Source: Octopus sinensis (Eukaryota). Taken from it: DNA of 64,000 nucleotides. The stretch spans positions 6,572,001 through 6,636,000 of the forward strand of contig NC_043021.1 of assembly GCF_006345805.1 (NCBI RefSeq), written 5' to 3'. The stretch's first letter is position 1. Each line of letters opens with the position of its first letter. The position numbers were made by a program, and so were the translations under genes. This document shows positions 39,365-52,462 of the stretch, in pieces. The notes under the pieces were generated by a model. It made no database searches and was not told where the DNA came from. It worked only from the letters and a program-made list of their open reading frames with translations.

Positions 39365-39791
39365 GGTGTAGGAGTGGCTGTGTGGTAAGTAGCTTGCTTA
39401 CGAACTACATGGTTCCGGGTTCAGTTCCCACTGCGTGACACCATGGGCAAGTGTCTTCTACTATAGCCTTGGGCCAACCAATGTCCTGTGAGCGGATTTG
39501 GTAGACAAACTGAAAGAAGCCCGTCGTATATATGTATGTGTGTGTGCCTGTGTTTGTCCCCCCAACATTGCTTGACAAGTGATGCTGGTGTGTTTACGTC
39601 CCTGTAACTTAGCGGTTCAGCAAAAAGAGACTGATAGAATAAGTACTAGGCTTAGAGGTTTGGCAAAAGAGACCGATAGAATAAGTACTAGGCTTCCAAA
39701 GAGTAAGTCCTGGGGTCGGTTTGCTCGACTAAAGGCAGTGCTCCAGCATGGCCACAGTTAAATGACTGAAACAAGTAAAGGAGTAAAGAGT
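39365..39791 (+). mobile_element. SINE family A with an internal ~40-bp duplication
   Basis: GCAAAAAGAGACTGATAGAATAAGTACTAGGCTT present twice. Confidence 0.88.
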
Positions 39792-41278
39792 ATCTGAAAA
39801 GAAGAGTTGAAGAAAACGAATTTAACTCTCTTTCTTTCTTTCTTGTGTGTGTGTGTTGTAATTCTAATTTAACTGAAGGAAACATTCCTTCATATTGTTT
39901 GCTTTAGAGTTGGAGTGGCAGAGATAATGGTTGTGGTGGAGGTAGTTGTCAGCTTGAAAACAACTTTATGATGGGAATGGATCTGGTTTCTCATTGCAAC
40001 GTCTCTTTGTGAAGTCACCTGTTCATGTCCTGAATAATCTAGTTTAAACCGAAGGTGCACTACATCCTTGATAACCAAACCCATTTCAATGGACAAAATC
40101 GAAACAATACAAGACTTTCAAACTGAAGCTTAGCCATGAGAAGATTTCATTAAAGACTTTGTAACGTTGTTTTTTTTCCGTTAGTCTTCTTTCTCACTCC
40201 TGGGAAAAAAAAGCCACTTTTCTTCGAGAGACCATACGTGAAAATATACAATGAGAAAGTACAATAATAAATATATTGGTGTCAAGTATGCAAGATTGTT
40301 GTTGCCAGAATACTGAACTGGCAAATACCAGACTTGAGAGAGGGAGTGAGAGTGAGTGTGCGTATCATATCAAGCTTAAACTAGAATCAGTTTTAGTTAG
40401 TTATGCAGTAAAAGTTCTCTTTATTGGAAGTAAAACCTTGGGACTCATTTAAAAAAAATCAGTTGGTTGTAATAGAATAAAAGAAAATGAAAATGAGGTG
40501 TCATTCGCATGAAGAACTGTAGTTAAGTTAGCGTTAATATTTTTAATGTGTGGAACATTAAAACGTTATTAATCAGAAATACGCATTCAGGGAGAAAAAA
40601 TAAGGAAAGGAAACGGAAAGCAATTCTATATCTCTGAGGTGAGGAATTTTTGTATTATGTCTATCGTTTTACATTAGTCAAACTGGTGTTCTTGTCTTGA
40701 TTGTTACTTTTGCTTCACTTTGGCCGTTATACACTCCAGCCTTTTTCAGGTGTCTTGAGTTGAACTTGGTTGCCGTATCGGAATTTCAAACCTAATACTT
40801 TATTTGATCCAAACGGATACACTGTTCTTATTTCACTCTCCGCATTTTGTGACATATTTTTGCTTCAGTTAAATTATGTGAATTACTTTAGTAGTACCTT
40901 GCCTGGGATTGAACTTAGGACCTCTAGGTGACTGCAAAGTTGACTTCGCCTGTCATCCTTTCGGGGTCGATAAAATACATACCCACTGGGCACTGACCTT
41001 GATTTAATTGACTTACCCCTCCCCTGGTATTGTTGGCTTTATGCCAAAATTTGAAATTATATTATCTCAAGTCTTTGAACAAAATTGAAAGACTTAACTC
41101 TATCTCGTTGTAGAAGTAAATTCCTTTTCTTTATAAAACTAACAACTATTTGGATATTACTAAAACATTAAGGCTATAGATGAAGTACTACAGTAAATCA
41201 ACACAGACCAAAAAAATACCAAATTTGCTATCAGCTGTCAAAGTACCGTGTCAGCCTGATATTATTATTTTAATTGTT

Positions 41279-41497
41279 AAGGTGCCGATCTAGCTGAATC
41301 ATTAGCATGCCAAGGAAAATGCTCAGCAGTATTTCAGTTATCTTTACCTTCTGAGTTCAAATGCTGCTGAGGTTGACTTTGCCTTTCATCCTTGCAGGGT
41401 TGATAACATAAGTACCAGTTGAACACTGAGGTCGATGTAACCAGCTTGACCAACTCACTCGAAATTGCTGGCCTTGTGCCGAAATTTGAAACCAATA
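41279..41497 (+). mobile_element. SINE family B
   Basis: Matches 51303-51530. Confidence 0.8.
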
Positions 41498-42814
41498 TCA
41501 TTTTAATTCTTTGACAAGTAAGGGAGACAACTGTAGATACACTTTAGTCATCTTTATGCTTCAGTGAAGCAGAGCTCTCATCATACTTGCTCATAATCAT
41601 ACTTCTAATTAACTTTTTAATGTTCACCGAATTAAATATGTGAATTACTTGGTTAATATAGGTATTGTTTAGCCCTAGGTCAGCCCCGATCAGACAATCC
41701 TTCCACCACAATGACTTTGTATTCTATTTGATATCTTGTGTCTCGGTTTACATTATTTTGTTCCTCCTGTTTGTTTAAATTCCACATTGGCTTTCGTTGA
41801 ACAAACCCATAAAGAAAGATGTTCCAGCCATGACCTCTCAGACATATTTAGGACGTCGTTATCTGTGTTTGATCTAGATTCCCTGTTGGTTTTTATTTCA
41901 ACAGAGTAACCGGCGGCGATTATATTTGTCTGTTTTTACAATGTCATCATTGGGAAGTCTTGGAATCAAACAGTTTGAGTAATATCACATGATACTCTGA
42001 TGTTCCATAATGTTTTAGATGAGCCGATAAGAGAGATAGAAATCTCTCGAGAAGCAGCATAGAATCATTAAGTTCAAAAACAATAGCATCATTTGCACAA
42101 GCTATGATTACCATCAAAGTGGAACAGAGCGAGCTGAGGGAAACTGCTGGTACTGCTTTGTATCGGTAGCAAAAATCGGTTCAATATAGTTCACGAAATC
42201 ACGAGGATTTTACATCTGATTCCAAACTGAAGCCAATACTTCCATTTTGCCAAGAAATTTGAATCTGAATTTCTCCTCTCCCTCCCTCCCTCCCTCCCTT
42301 CCTTCACGCCTTCTTTCCTCTCTGTTTCATTCATTACAACAGAAACGGTAACGAAATTTTCGATTTGCTCAACATTAGCATAATATATGCCAGTTGGTCA
42401 GTAATTAACATAATATATGTGTGCAGTAATATATACTAATATATACCAACAGATAATATGAAGCCAAGGCTTAGATAATTTACATATTTCCCACTAATCA
42501 CATTGGCAGTCTTGCTCATTTGGCTGAGATATATTTATATGAGAGGGGGGGCGGTGGGGGGAGGAGGAGAAATGGAAGTATGAATTATTTTTTTTCTTTT
42601 CATTTGGTTTTTTTCGAAAAGCATTTTTTTTATAAATTACATTATAATTGTTATAACTATTTAAAACAGATATATACCATTAATTTTACTTATATTTTAT
42701 TCTATTTACACACACACACTGTTTCACTGCAAGCTCACTATTTTTTATTTTTATTTTATCTAGTTTCAGCTCACGAGCTGTGGCCATGCTGGGGCACCGC
42801 CATATTGTAAACAG

Positions 42815-43218
42815 TTACTCTTTACTCTTTTACTTGTTTCAGTCATTTGACTGCGGCCATGCTGGAGCACCGCCTTTAGTCGAGCAACTCGACCCCGGGA
42901 CTTATTCTTTTGTAAGCCCAGTACTTATTCTATCGGTCTCTTTTGCCGAACCGCTAAGTGACGGGGACGTAAACACACCAGCATCGGTTGTCAAGCAATG
43001 CTAGAGGGACAAACACAGACACACAAACATATACATACACATACATACATATATACGACAGGCTTCTTTCAGTTTCCGTCTACCAAATCCACTCACAAGG
43101 CATTGGTCGGCCCGAGGCTATAGCAGAAGACACTTGCCCAAGGTGCCACGCAGTGGGACTGAACCCAGAACCATGTGGTTGGTAGGCAAGCTACTTACCA
43201 CACAGCCACTCCTGCGCC
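42815..43218 (-). mobile_element. SINE family A, full length
   Basis: Reverse complement of the family consensus. Confidence 0.92.
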
Positions 43219-44467
43219 TTCATAAATATAATTTTAAGTTCATAAATATAATTTTAAAATCTGAATTTTATTAGGTTTTTTGCCTGTGTGGTGGTATGCA
43301 AGTTGCAATTGTTTCAGAAACTGAATGCGTTCGTGTGTGTGTGATATACAGGCTTGCTGCTTCATCCATTAGTTTCTCTCTTTCCTGTTTTTACTTCTTT
43401 CCATTTCCCACCACGCAGACTAGTTGGAGAGCACTGCCTGCAATACTGCAAAGCATTATTAAACGTGGGTGTTGAGTGGAGACCAGGCAGAAGCAGCAAT
43501 AATTTATTAATTCTCATTTGTATATGTTTTTGCTTGTTTGTGTATGTGTATATATGCGTGTGTGTGTCTGTGTTCATGTGTTGTGTGTGTAATTCAGTAT
43601 CTAGTGTCAGATTAATTTGATAATTGTATTTCCCACCACTCTCTCTCTTTCTCTCTCTCTCTCTTTTCTTCTCCCCCTCCCACCTCTCTTTTGCAAAAGG
43701 AAGACAACTCAGAATGGTAAAGCTAACAGTGGTGGTCGTGTTTGGTGTTGCTCCACCTCACTTCTGATTAAACAGATTAATGATCAAAGAGGTTCCAACC
43801 GTGACTGTCCTGTCATTTTCCCAGGCACAGTTTATCTAGGGTTACGTTATCCAATATCACCCCCCCCCACTTGCTTTTAAGACAGTACATAATTTGAGAG
43901 CGATTTGGTTGTTGTTTCTAGCAGGTTAAATGTCTCCATAGACTCCCTTGTTGACTCGGAATATCTTCTTGTTTAGCCCCGGGCCAGCTCATATTGAGTT
44001 GTCTTAGGCTCCAAACTGTACCCATTTCATTCTTTTCCTATACACATTGTCCAAAGTATTCTAAATTTTTTTTCTCTCTCATAAATACGAGGGTGTGGTT
44101 TGAAGGAGTTTCTTGCTGGTCAAGAAGACTCTCTCCTCATTGGTTCCAGATAGTTTGCTTCTTGTTTCTCTTCCCTTCCAAATGTCACTGACCGTTCTGC
44201 AAATGTCGCCAACCGTTCACTGACCGTTCTCAATCTGTTGACAACACTGGCAACCATTTATAGTCCATTTGATATTTATATTTCTTGCTTTTCCTGCTCA
44301 AATGTTGCTACCTCAGCTCTGTACAAATTATATATAAAACAAGCATTTACATACATATCTGTACATACACACACACACACACATAGAATATGAGTGTGAC
44401 TGTGCATAATATATGTGGAATATATGTTTTAAAAAAAAACTTATAATTATATATATATATATATATA

Positions 44468-44566
44468 ATGTATTGGTTTATGTCTATCACTGTTTGAGTT
44501 GCATATCTCTAATTCATATTTATATATATATATATATATCTATCTAATTCATATTATATATATTAT

Positions 44567-44598
<32 letters not shown>

Positions 44599-44722
44599 AT
44601 AAAATATGAATTAGATATATATATATATATATTATTTATTATTTATGTATTGGTTTATGTCTATCACTGTTTGAGTTGCATATCTCTAATTCATATTTAT
44701 ATATATATATATATCTAATTCA

Positions 44723-44773
<51 letters not shown>

Positions 44774-44837
44774 ATTTGTTATTTATGTATTGGTTTATGT
44801 CTATCACTGTTTGAGTTGCATATCTCTAATTCATATT

Positions 44838-44901
<64 letters not shown>

Positions 44902-44962
44902 TGTTATTTATGTATTGGTTTATGTCTATCACTGTTTCAGTTGCATATCTCTAAGTCATATT
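44468..44962. repeat. Tandem array: ~54-bp conserved unit x4 separated by variable (TA)n
   Basis: ATGTATTGGTTTATGTCTATCACTGTTTGAGTTGCATATCTCTAATTCATATTT at 44468, 44645, 44785 and 44910. Confidence 0.9.
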
Positions 44963-44991
44963 TTTTATATATATATACATACATATATATT

Positions 44992-45022
<31 letters not shown>

Positions 45023-45028
45023 GTATGT

Positions 45029-45063
<35 letters not shown>

Positions 45064-46366
45064 TAAGAGGGAGAGAGAAATAAGTTTAGTTTTACAGAGT
45101 CGAAGTACCTTGTCATGAACCTCGAAGCCCTTGAGTCATTCTGGCTCCTTGGCTAATGACATACATGCATACATTACACACATTCCTTGCCTCTGGGGCA
45201 TTTATTATCTTCCTGGTACCCAAGAATGCATGTATAGTTTACTATTGTTGTTGTTCTTATTCTTCTTTTCAGCCAATTACTTGAGGCCATTCCACAGCTG
45301 TCTGCTGGATTTGCCTATCCCCAGTGCATACATATATTCTTTACTTTCCAGAACAGATTTATAGTCTCTCTCTCTCTCGCTCACACACACGCATCAATCC
45401 ATATGCACACATTCATACACGTGCATATTTGGACTTATTTTATTTTATAAATATAGTTTTTTTAAACTGTATAGAAGGCTTTTTTTATTTTTTATTTTTT
45501 TTCACTTTGGATTAATTTTGTTTTTTTCCTTGAAAAGCTGATTTCATTCCAGTAAATCTCCACTGAGAGAGGAGTTAAGGAATCGAGAGGAATTTACAAA
45601 ATTAGTTGTGACACACACTTCAGGGACTCGTGGGTTGTGACACACACACACACACACACGCACGCACACTTATTGGATTTTTTTATGTAAATCTGTGACT
45701 GTAGCAGATCTCTTGGTTGATTTTTATTGGTCTGTGTACTTAACTGCAGTGGAAATATCTCTTCAGAAACTGATAGATGGCTCTTGATGAATTGGCATGA
45801 AATCATTCACAACCACACTCCAACTTCTGTGGCCTGTAGACATGCCGTCTCTCCTCTCCTGCTTTTTAAAAAAAATTTTTTTTTTAAGCACTAGTAACGT
45901 AAAGGTGCAGGTGTGGCTGTGTGGTTAAGAAGTTTGCTTCCCAACCATATCATGATACGTTGAGCAAGTATCTTCAACTATAGCTCCAGGCCAGCCAAGA
46001 GAGTCATTGTGTGTGTGTGTCATCATCATCCTTTAATGTCCACTTTCTATGCTGGCATGGGTTGGATGGTTTGACCAGAGCTAGCAACCAGAGAGCTGCA
46101 CCAGATTCCAGTCTGATTTGGCTTGGTTTCTATGGCGGGATGCTCTTCCTAGTGCCAACCATTTTACAGTGTGTACTGCTTAATGTGACACAAGAATATA
46201 TAAAAGTTCAATCAGAGGTTAAATAAGCGTCATTAAGGGATAATAGTATCCAATGGGTTTACTGTTTTCTTGCCTATTATTTATTTTGAATATTAGATTT
46301 AATATTAAAAAATAGGTAATTAAATAAACTGAGATTTATATTCATTTAAGACATATATATATATAT

Positions 46367-46757
46367 GTGTGTGGTAAGTAGCTTGTTTACCAACCACATG
46401 GCTCTGGGTTCAGTCCCACTGCGTGGCACCTTGGGCAAGTGTCTTCTACTATAGCCTCGGGCCGACCAAAGCCTTGTGAGTGGATTTGGTAGACGGAAAC
46501 TGAAAGAAACCCATTGTATATATGTATATATATGTGCGTGTATTTTTGTGTGTCTGTGTTTGTCTCCCTAGCATTTCTTGACAACCGATGCTGGTGTGTT
46601 TACGTCCCCGTTACTTATCGGTTCGGCAAGAGAGACCGATAGGATAAGTACTGGGCTTACGAAAGAATAAGTCCCAGAGTCGAGTTGCTCGACTAAAGGC
46701 GGTGCTCCAGCATGGCCGCAGTCAAATAACTGAAACAAGTAAAAGAGTAAAAGAGAG
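46367..46757 (+). mobile_element. SINE family A
   Basis: Matches the family consensus, slightly 5' truncated. Confidence 0.9.
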
Positions 46758-49259
46758 TATCATATGTGTACTCCCATGTACATGTAAGTGGAAACCTGTC
46801 AGTACAGAGATGGAGAGAGAGAGAGAGAGAGAGATAGAGGAATGAAATAGCTGGTAATCTAAATGTTTATCTTTCAGTGAAGATCTGTGAATCTGTTTAG
46901 AAATAATCATTGGAATGGTTCATAAGAAATAATTTCATGAATTCTAAACAAAAGAATCCAGCAAAGTTAATTATGTACGAGAGTTTACATACAATTATCT
47001 CTGTAGTCATTTGATTTACTTCTATTATATGTCATCTCCATCATTGTGACAGCCGTCATCATCGTTACCACCACCACCACCACACCACCATCACCATCGT
47101 TGTCAGGAATGTTGTCTAGTATTCATTATCAGTACTATTGTTGGTGGTGTTGGTAGCAGCAGCATTTTTTTTTTTAATCCGGTGAGGCAGCCTCTGTATT
47201 CCGACTCAACTTTTAAAGCAATAGCAGCGCAAATACCCCCCCCCCCCAACCGACAAACTGTACCTATTGTCACGTGATCATGTGACCAACCAGACTGCTG
47301 TCAGATGTTGTTACACACCACTGGTCACAGTGCATTTTGCATCGTTTTTAAGCCTTTGAATGATGCCATCTTGTTAGCTCGGCGAGCAAGCTTATCTTCC
47401 CATCTGGACGAAAAGGGGGGGGACTGGAACAATATGAAATGAAGTGTCTTGCTCAAGAATACAATGCACCGCCTGGCCTGAGAATTGAACCCATATTCTA
47501 GTGATCATGAATGCAACAGCTTAACTAAAAGGCCACATGCCTTCACTTATGTACTGCCTTAAAAACACATTGGATAATACAGTCATTTGAAAGATTGGAT
47601 GATTGCATTAATCTCACTCCCTTTGATGATACATTTTCTTAATCTAGGCTAGCTTTGAGCTTATTAACAACAACAGCTGTTACTTAAAATAGTACTCAGT
47701 TTTTAATATTTTTATCCTATTGTCATTAACGTTTTAAATCCATCCAGTCCCATGCTGGTATGGACTGGACAAGTCTGCTACATACAACAGAATGTCCTGT
47801 GACTTTTTTTGCAACTTGACATCTCCTTCATGGCCTCCAACATCTCTGAAATTAGTCCCCCATCCCCACCCTCTCTGTCCTTTTCTTCTACAAACTCTTG
47901 CCATTTGGACGGATTGTTTGATGTTTCTCTAAGATTGTTGGTAAATCTGGTTCAGTTAATCCCACCCTTCCCTCTGATTATCTTCTGAATAGTAAAATAT
48001 CTCTTGTAACTGATATATTTACTTATCTAAGAGTGACACACTTGTGAGTTGCTTCTCCCCTCGACAATGTACCAACAGGCAACCAAATGAACTTTGTGCT
48101 TTTCAGTTCCTGTTTTCTTATTTAACCCTTTTGTTACCGTATTTATTTTAAGATGCTCTTTGCTTCTTTCAATTAGTTCTAAATATAACAAAGCATTTAG
48201 TAAAATAACTTAGTTATCATTCAGCTAGTGTTAGGCACATAAATTGTGACTCATGTTTGGTGGAAGATTTTAGTTCAAAACTTATAAAAACAAGGCATTT
48301 GTACTACAGAGCCAGAGACAGTTTCAGCTGGGTTGGTATGGAAAGGGATAAATTAATAATTACCAGAAACTTGATTAGGTTTTTCATCATCATCATATTA
48401 TCATTTACTGTCCATTTTCCCAGCTGGCAAGAGTTGGATGGTTTGACAGCTGGCAAGGCCAGGCCCCACACCAGTTTCAAATAGTCTGTTTTATGGTTTG
48501 CTTTCCACAGCTGGATGCCCTTCCTGATGCCAACCACTTTACAGAGTGTACTGGGTGCTTTGGACATAACACCCTCACCCGTGTTTTTATGTGGGACATT
48601 CACAATTAGTGTTTTTTTTCCAACTTTTAATTTAGAACGTGGGAGCAGTACTGATGTCTTTTTATTGGGTGTCTGGGACTGTTGGGCAGAAGAGAAGAGG
48701 GTGTCTTCCAACCTGAGAGCCGATCTTTTTTAGTAGCGATAGTAACAGTATATTTTCATCTCATTATCAGTCTCATTAATATGCTGTCTGAGTAAATGAG
48801 GTTAAGAATCCACAACAAAATCACTGAAACAGATGTAGTTTTGAATAAAAAAAAATTTCCATTAACAGAAAAGCTCTGGTCTTAGAACTGGTTCTGTGAT
48901 GTCATAATTAGAGTAATTATTTATAATATTTTTAACTGGTTTCTACTTCAAGATTTTTTTTCCCCTTCTTTGTAAAGAGATGAATAATAAGGTTTTGTTT
49001 TTCAGGAAGTTGATGAGGTATTGAGTGATTTGTATGCCAAAAATCTACCTGCAATCAGCAATTGGTAGTGCTTCAGAACAACAAGGGGAGATAATTTCAA
49101 TAAATAACGAATTAATTAAAAAGAAATAAAAGAATCAGATCTTCGTTAGTGGGTGTGATGATAATATATAGTTTATTTTGGTAATTAACCTTGTTAATCT
49201 ACTATCTTTGTAATTGGTGTCACTTAACATTTTTGATATAACAAAATATAATAATAATA

Positions 49260-49810
49260 ATAATAATAATGGTTTCAAATTTTGCACAAGGCCAGCAATT
49301 TAGACGAAATACTGCTAAGCATTTTGCTTGGCATGCTAACGATTCTGCCAGCTGTAATAATAATAATGATAACAATAATTGTTTCAAATTTTGGTGCAAG
49401 GCTGGCAGTTTTGAAAGAGAGAGTAAGCCCCCAGTACTGAACTTGTACTTATTTTATCGATCCCCAAAAGGCTGGAAAGCAAAGTTGGCCCCTGCAAAAT
49501 GTGAATTCAGAATGTAATGGGTGATGAAATACTGCTAAGCATTTTGCCCAGCTTGCTACCTTATTATTATTATTAATGAAAATAATAATAATAATAATCC
49601 TTTCTACTATAGGCACAAGGCCTGTAATTTTGGGGGAGGGGGCTAGTCAATTATATCAACTCCAGTGCGTAACTGGTACTTAATTATTGAAGCCGAAAGG
49701 ATGAAAGGCAAAGTCAACTGCGCCAGAATTTGAACTCAGAATGTAAAGACAGATGAAATGCCTCTAAAGCATTTCGCCAGGTGTGCTACCGATTCTGCCA
49801 ACTCACTGTC
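49260..49810 (-). mobile_element. Cluster of 2-3 SINE family B copies separated by (AAT)n
   Basis: Repeated GAAATACTGCTAAGCATTTTGCC and GAAAGGCAAAGTC segments. Confidence 0.78.
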
Positions 49811-50400
49811 ATATTAATTAATAATGAGAAGAAGAATGGTAACACTGAAGTAACCGTAGTTTCTATTTATTAAAAGCTGTTTCTTTAAAAAGCAGTTCTA
49901 ATTTGACAAATCTATTTGTATTGTCAATGAGTGTGGCTATATATCTATAGAGTGTTGTCTATGTCTATGTATATATTGTCTGTGTATGTAGCATACGGCT
50001 ATGTGTATAGCAATGTTATCTATGCATATATATAATATATGCTTATATATGAATTGTTGTACTCTGCAATTTAATCTAATAATCAGCTTTTGTATTGATA
50101 TTATTGTTGACATAGTCGACGACCAATCACTCCCATACCGTACTATCTTGCTGTATTACTGCTAATCTGTACTATATTATAGCTATACTACCTACTAGTA
50201 GAGTAGTGTACTGATATAAAGCTTTGCTACTGCTATACTACCAACCAGTTCTATACTGTACTCTAAGCTGTGTTACTGCTGCTCTACCAAACAGTACTCT
50301 AGTGTGTACTATATATATATATATAATCTCTTGCATTGTAATTAGTGTTGACTTAGTATCGCTAACACTAAAAGTTCTTTAAAGTGTGTGATTGCTGCTG

Positions 50401-50431
<31 letters not shown>

Positions 50432-51302
50432 TTCGCCCTTCCGTATTCTTGGTATGTTATATTTAAGTCTGTTTATCTTTCAGATTTGTTGCTATGACAA
50501 CATATAGCTTCTAGGGTTGATAATTAATTATTTATCAGCAACAAACGGGAGTGTGGGTGGGTGGTGGTGGTGGCAGCAGACATTGATTCCTTTATGTGTT
50601 TTTTTTTTATTTCTTTTTTTTCTCCGTTTCTTTTAACGAAATGCAAATCTTCATTGACCCTAAAAAAAGTTGTATTAATAAGAGAGTAGTCGTAGTAGTA
50701 GTAGTAGTAGTAGTTGTTGTTGTTGTTGAACAAACAGCTGTCCTTCATAAGACAAATGTCCTTTTCATTTCAGGTTGCTATGTCTGGTGGCTATGCTTTC
50801 TGCATACAAGCCTTCTTACAACTGGCTTTTTACTAAACAGAAAGAATTGCAGATATCTGCTTTTTTTTAATGTTTTTTTTTTTTTTGTTCTATTTAACCA
50901 CTTCACTACCAACGCATCCATGACTGCAAGCTTCTTCTTATCTGGAACTACGTACAGACATAACAAATGAAAGGTTCATAGTTAATGAGAATCTTGACCT
51001 TGCCAGACGTTTGATAAAATGCCCTGCAGTATCCCTTCTGACTCTAAAGTCGCAGTTGAAATCGTGCTGCAGCCAAATCCACCTTTCATCCCTCTGGGGT
51101 TGATATAATGAAGTACCGGTGAAGAACTGGGATCATTGGTATAGACTGCTCGCACACCTTTCAAATTTGATGGCCTTGTGTCTCAATAGTAAACGTTATT
51201 CTCATCATCATTATTATTAGTATTGTTATTTCTTACGACTTTATATTTCATTAATAAAAGTGATAATGCTTTCTATATTAAGAAAGTATTATTATTATTA
51301 TT

Positions 51303-51530
51303 AAGGCAGCAAGCTGGCAGGATCGTTAGCACACTGGGCGAAATGCTTAGTGGTATTTTGTCTGTCTTTATGTTCTGAGTTCAAATTCTGCCGAGGTCGA
51401 CTTTGCCTTTCATCCTTTCGGGGTTGATAAATTAAGTACCAGTTGCATACTAGGGTCGATCTAATTGACTGGTCACCCCCCCACAAAAAAAAAATTTTTT
51501 TTTTAAGACCTTGTGCCTAGTGTAGAAACA
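51303..51530 (+). mobile_element. SINE family B, full length
   Basis: A-box-like TGGCAGGATCGTTAG, B-box GAGTTCAAATTC, GCCTTTCATCCTTTCGGGGTTGATAAATTAAGTACCAG body (resembles the Meta-SINE domain; inference); copies at 51648-51865, 52023-52240 and 54778-54995. Confidence 0.85.
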
Positions 51531-52239
51531 ATAATTAATGTTATTGTTATTTTTCATGACTTTATATTTCATTAATAAAAGTAAAAATGCTTTCTACATT
51601 AAGAAAAAGCATTATTATTATTATTAATATTATTATTATTATTATTAAGGCAGTGAGCTGGCAAAAATCGTTAGCATGCCAGGCAAAATGTTTAGCTGCA
51701 TTTTGTCTATCGTTACGTTCTGAGTTCAAATTCCACTGATGTCAACTTTGCATTTCATCCTTTTGGGGTTGATAAAATAAGTACCAGTTGAGTACTGGGG
51801 TCGGAATAATTGACTTACCCCCTCCCCTGAATGTGTCGACCTTGTGCCAAAATTTGAAACCATTATTGTATTACTCAAGGCTTTATATTTCATTAATAAA
51901 ATATAAATAATGCTTTATATATTAAAAAAGCATTATTAAAATATATATATATAAAATATATATTAAAAAAGCATTATTAGAATATATATATATATATATA
52001 AAATATATATTAAAAAAGCATCAAGGTAGTGAGTAGTAGAACTACTTAGGTGTCAAACAAAATGTTTAATGGTATTTCTTCCAGCTCTTTGCGTTGTGGG
52101 GTCAAATCTTGCCAGGGGCAACTTTGCCTTTCTTTCTTTCATCCGTTCAGGGTCAAATTACCAGTTGAGCATTGGGACTGATGTAAATCAACTGGCTCCC
52201 TTTCCCAAAATTTTAGGCCATGTGTCTATAGTTGAAAGG

Positions 52240-52275
<36 letters not shown>

Positions 52276-52418
52276 GACTATTTACATTATTCAGAATTCA
52301 AATCCCGTCGAGGTCACCTTTGCCTTTCACTCCCCTCCCCCCCATCCGAATCAATATAATCGAGTATTTCTACCTCACAACCAAATTTGTGACTGTGTGT
52401 CTGTATTATTAGAAACAG

Positions 52419-52462
<44 letters not shown>

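Noticed and set aside
44468-44962. CRISPR-like repeat/spacer pattern
   Set aside because: The spacers are TA microsatellite
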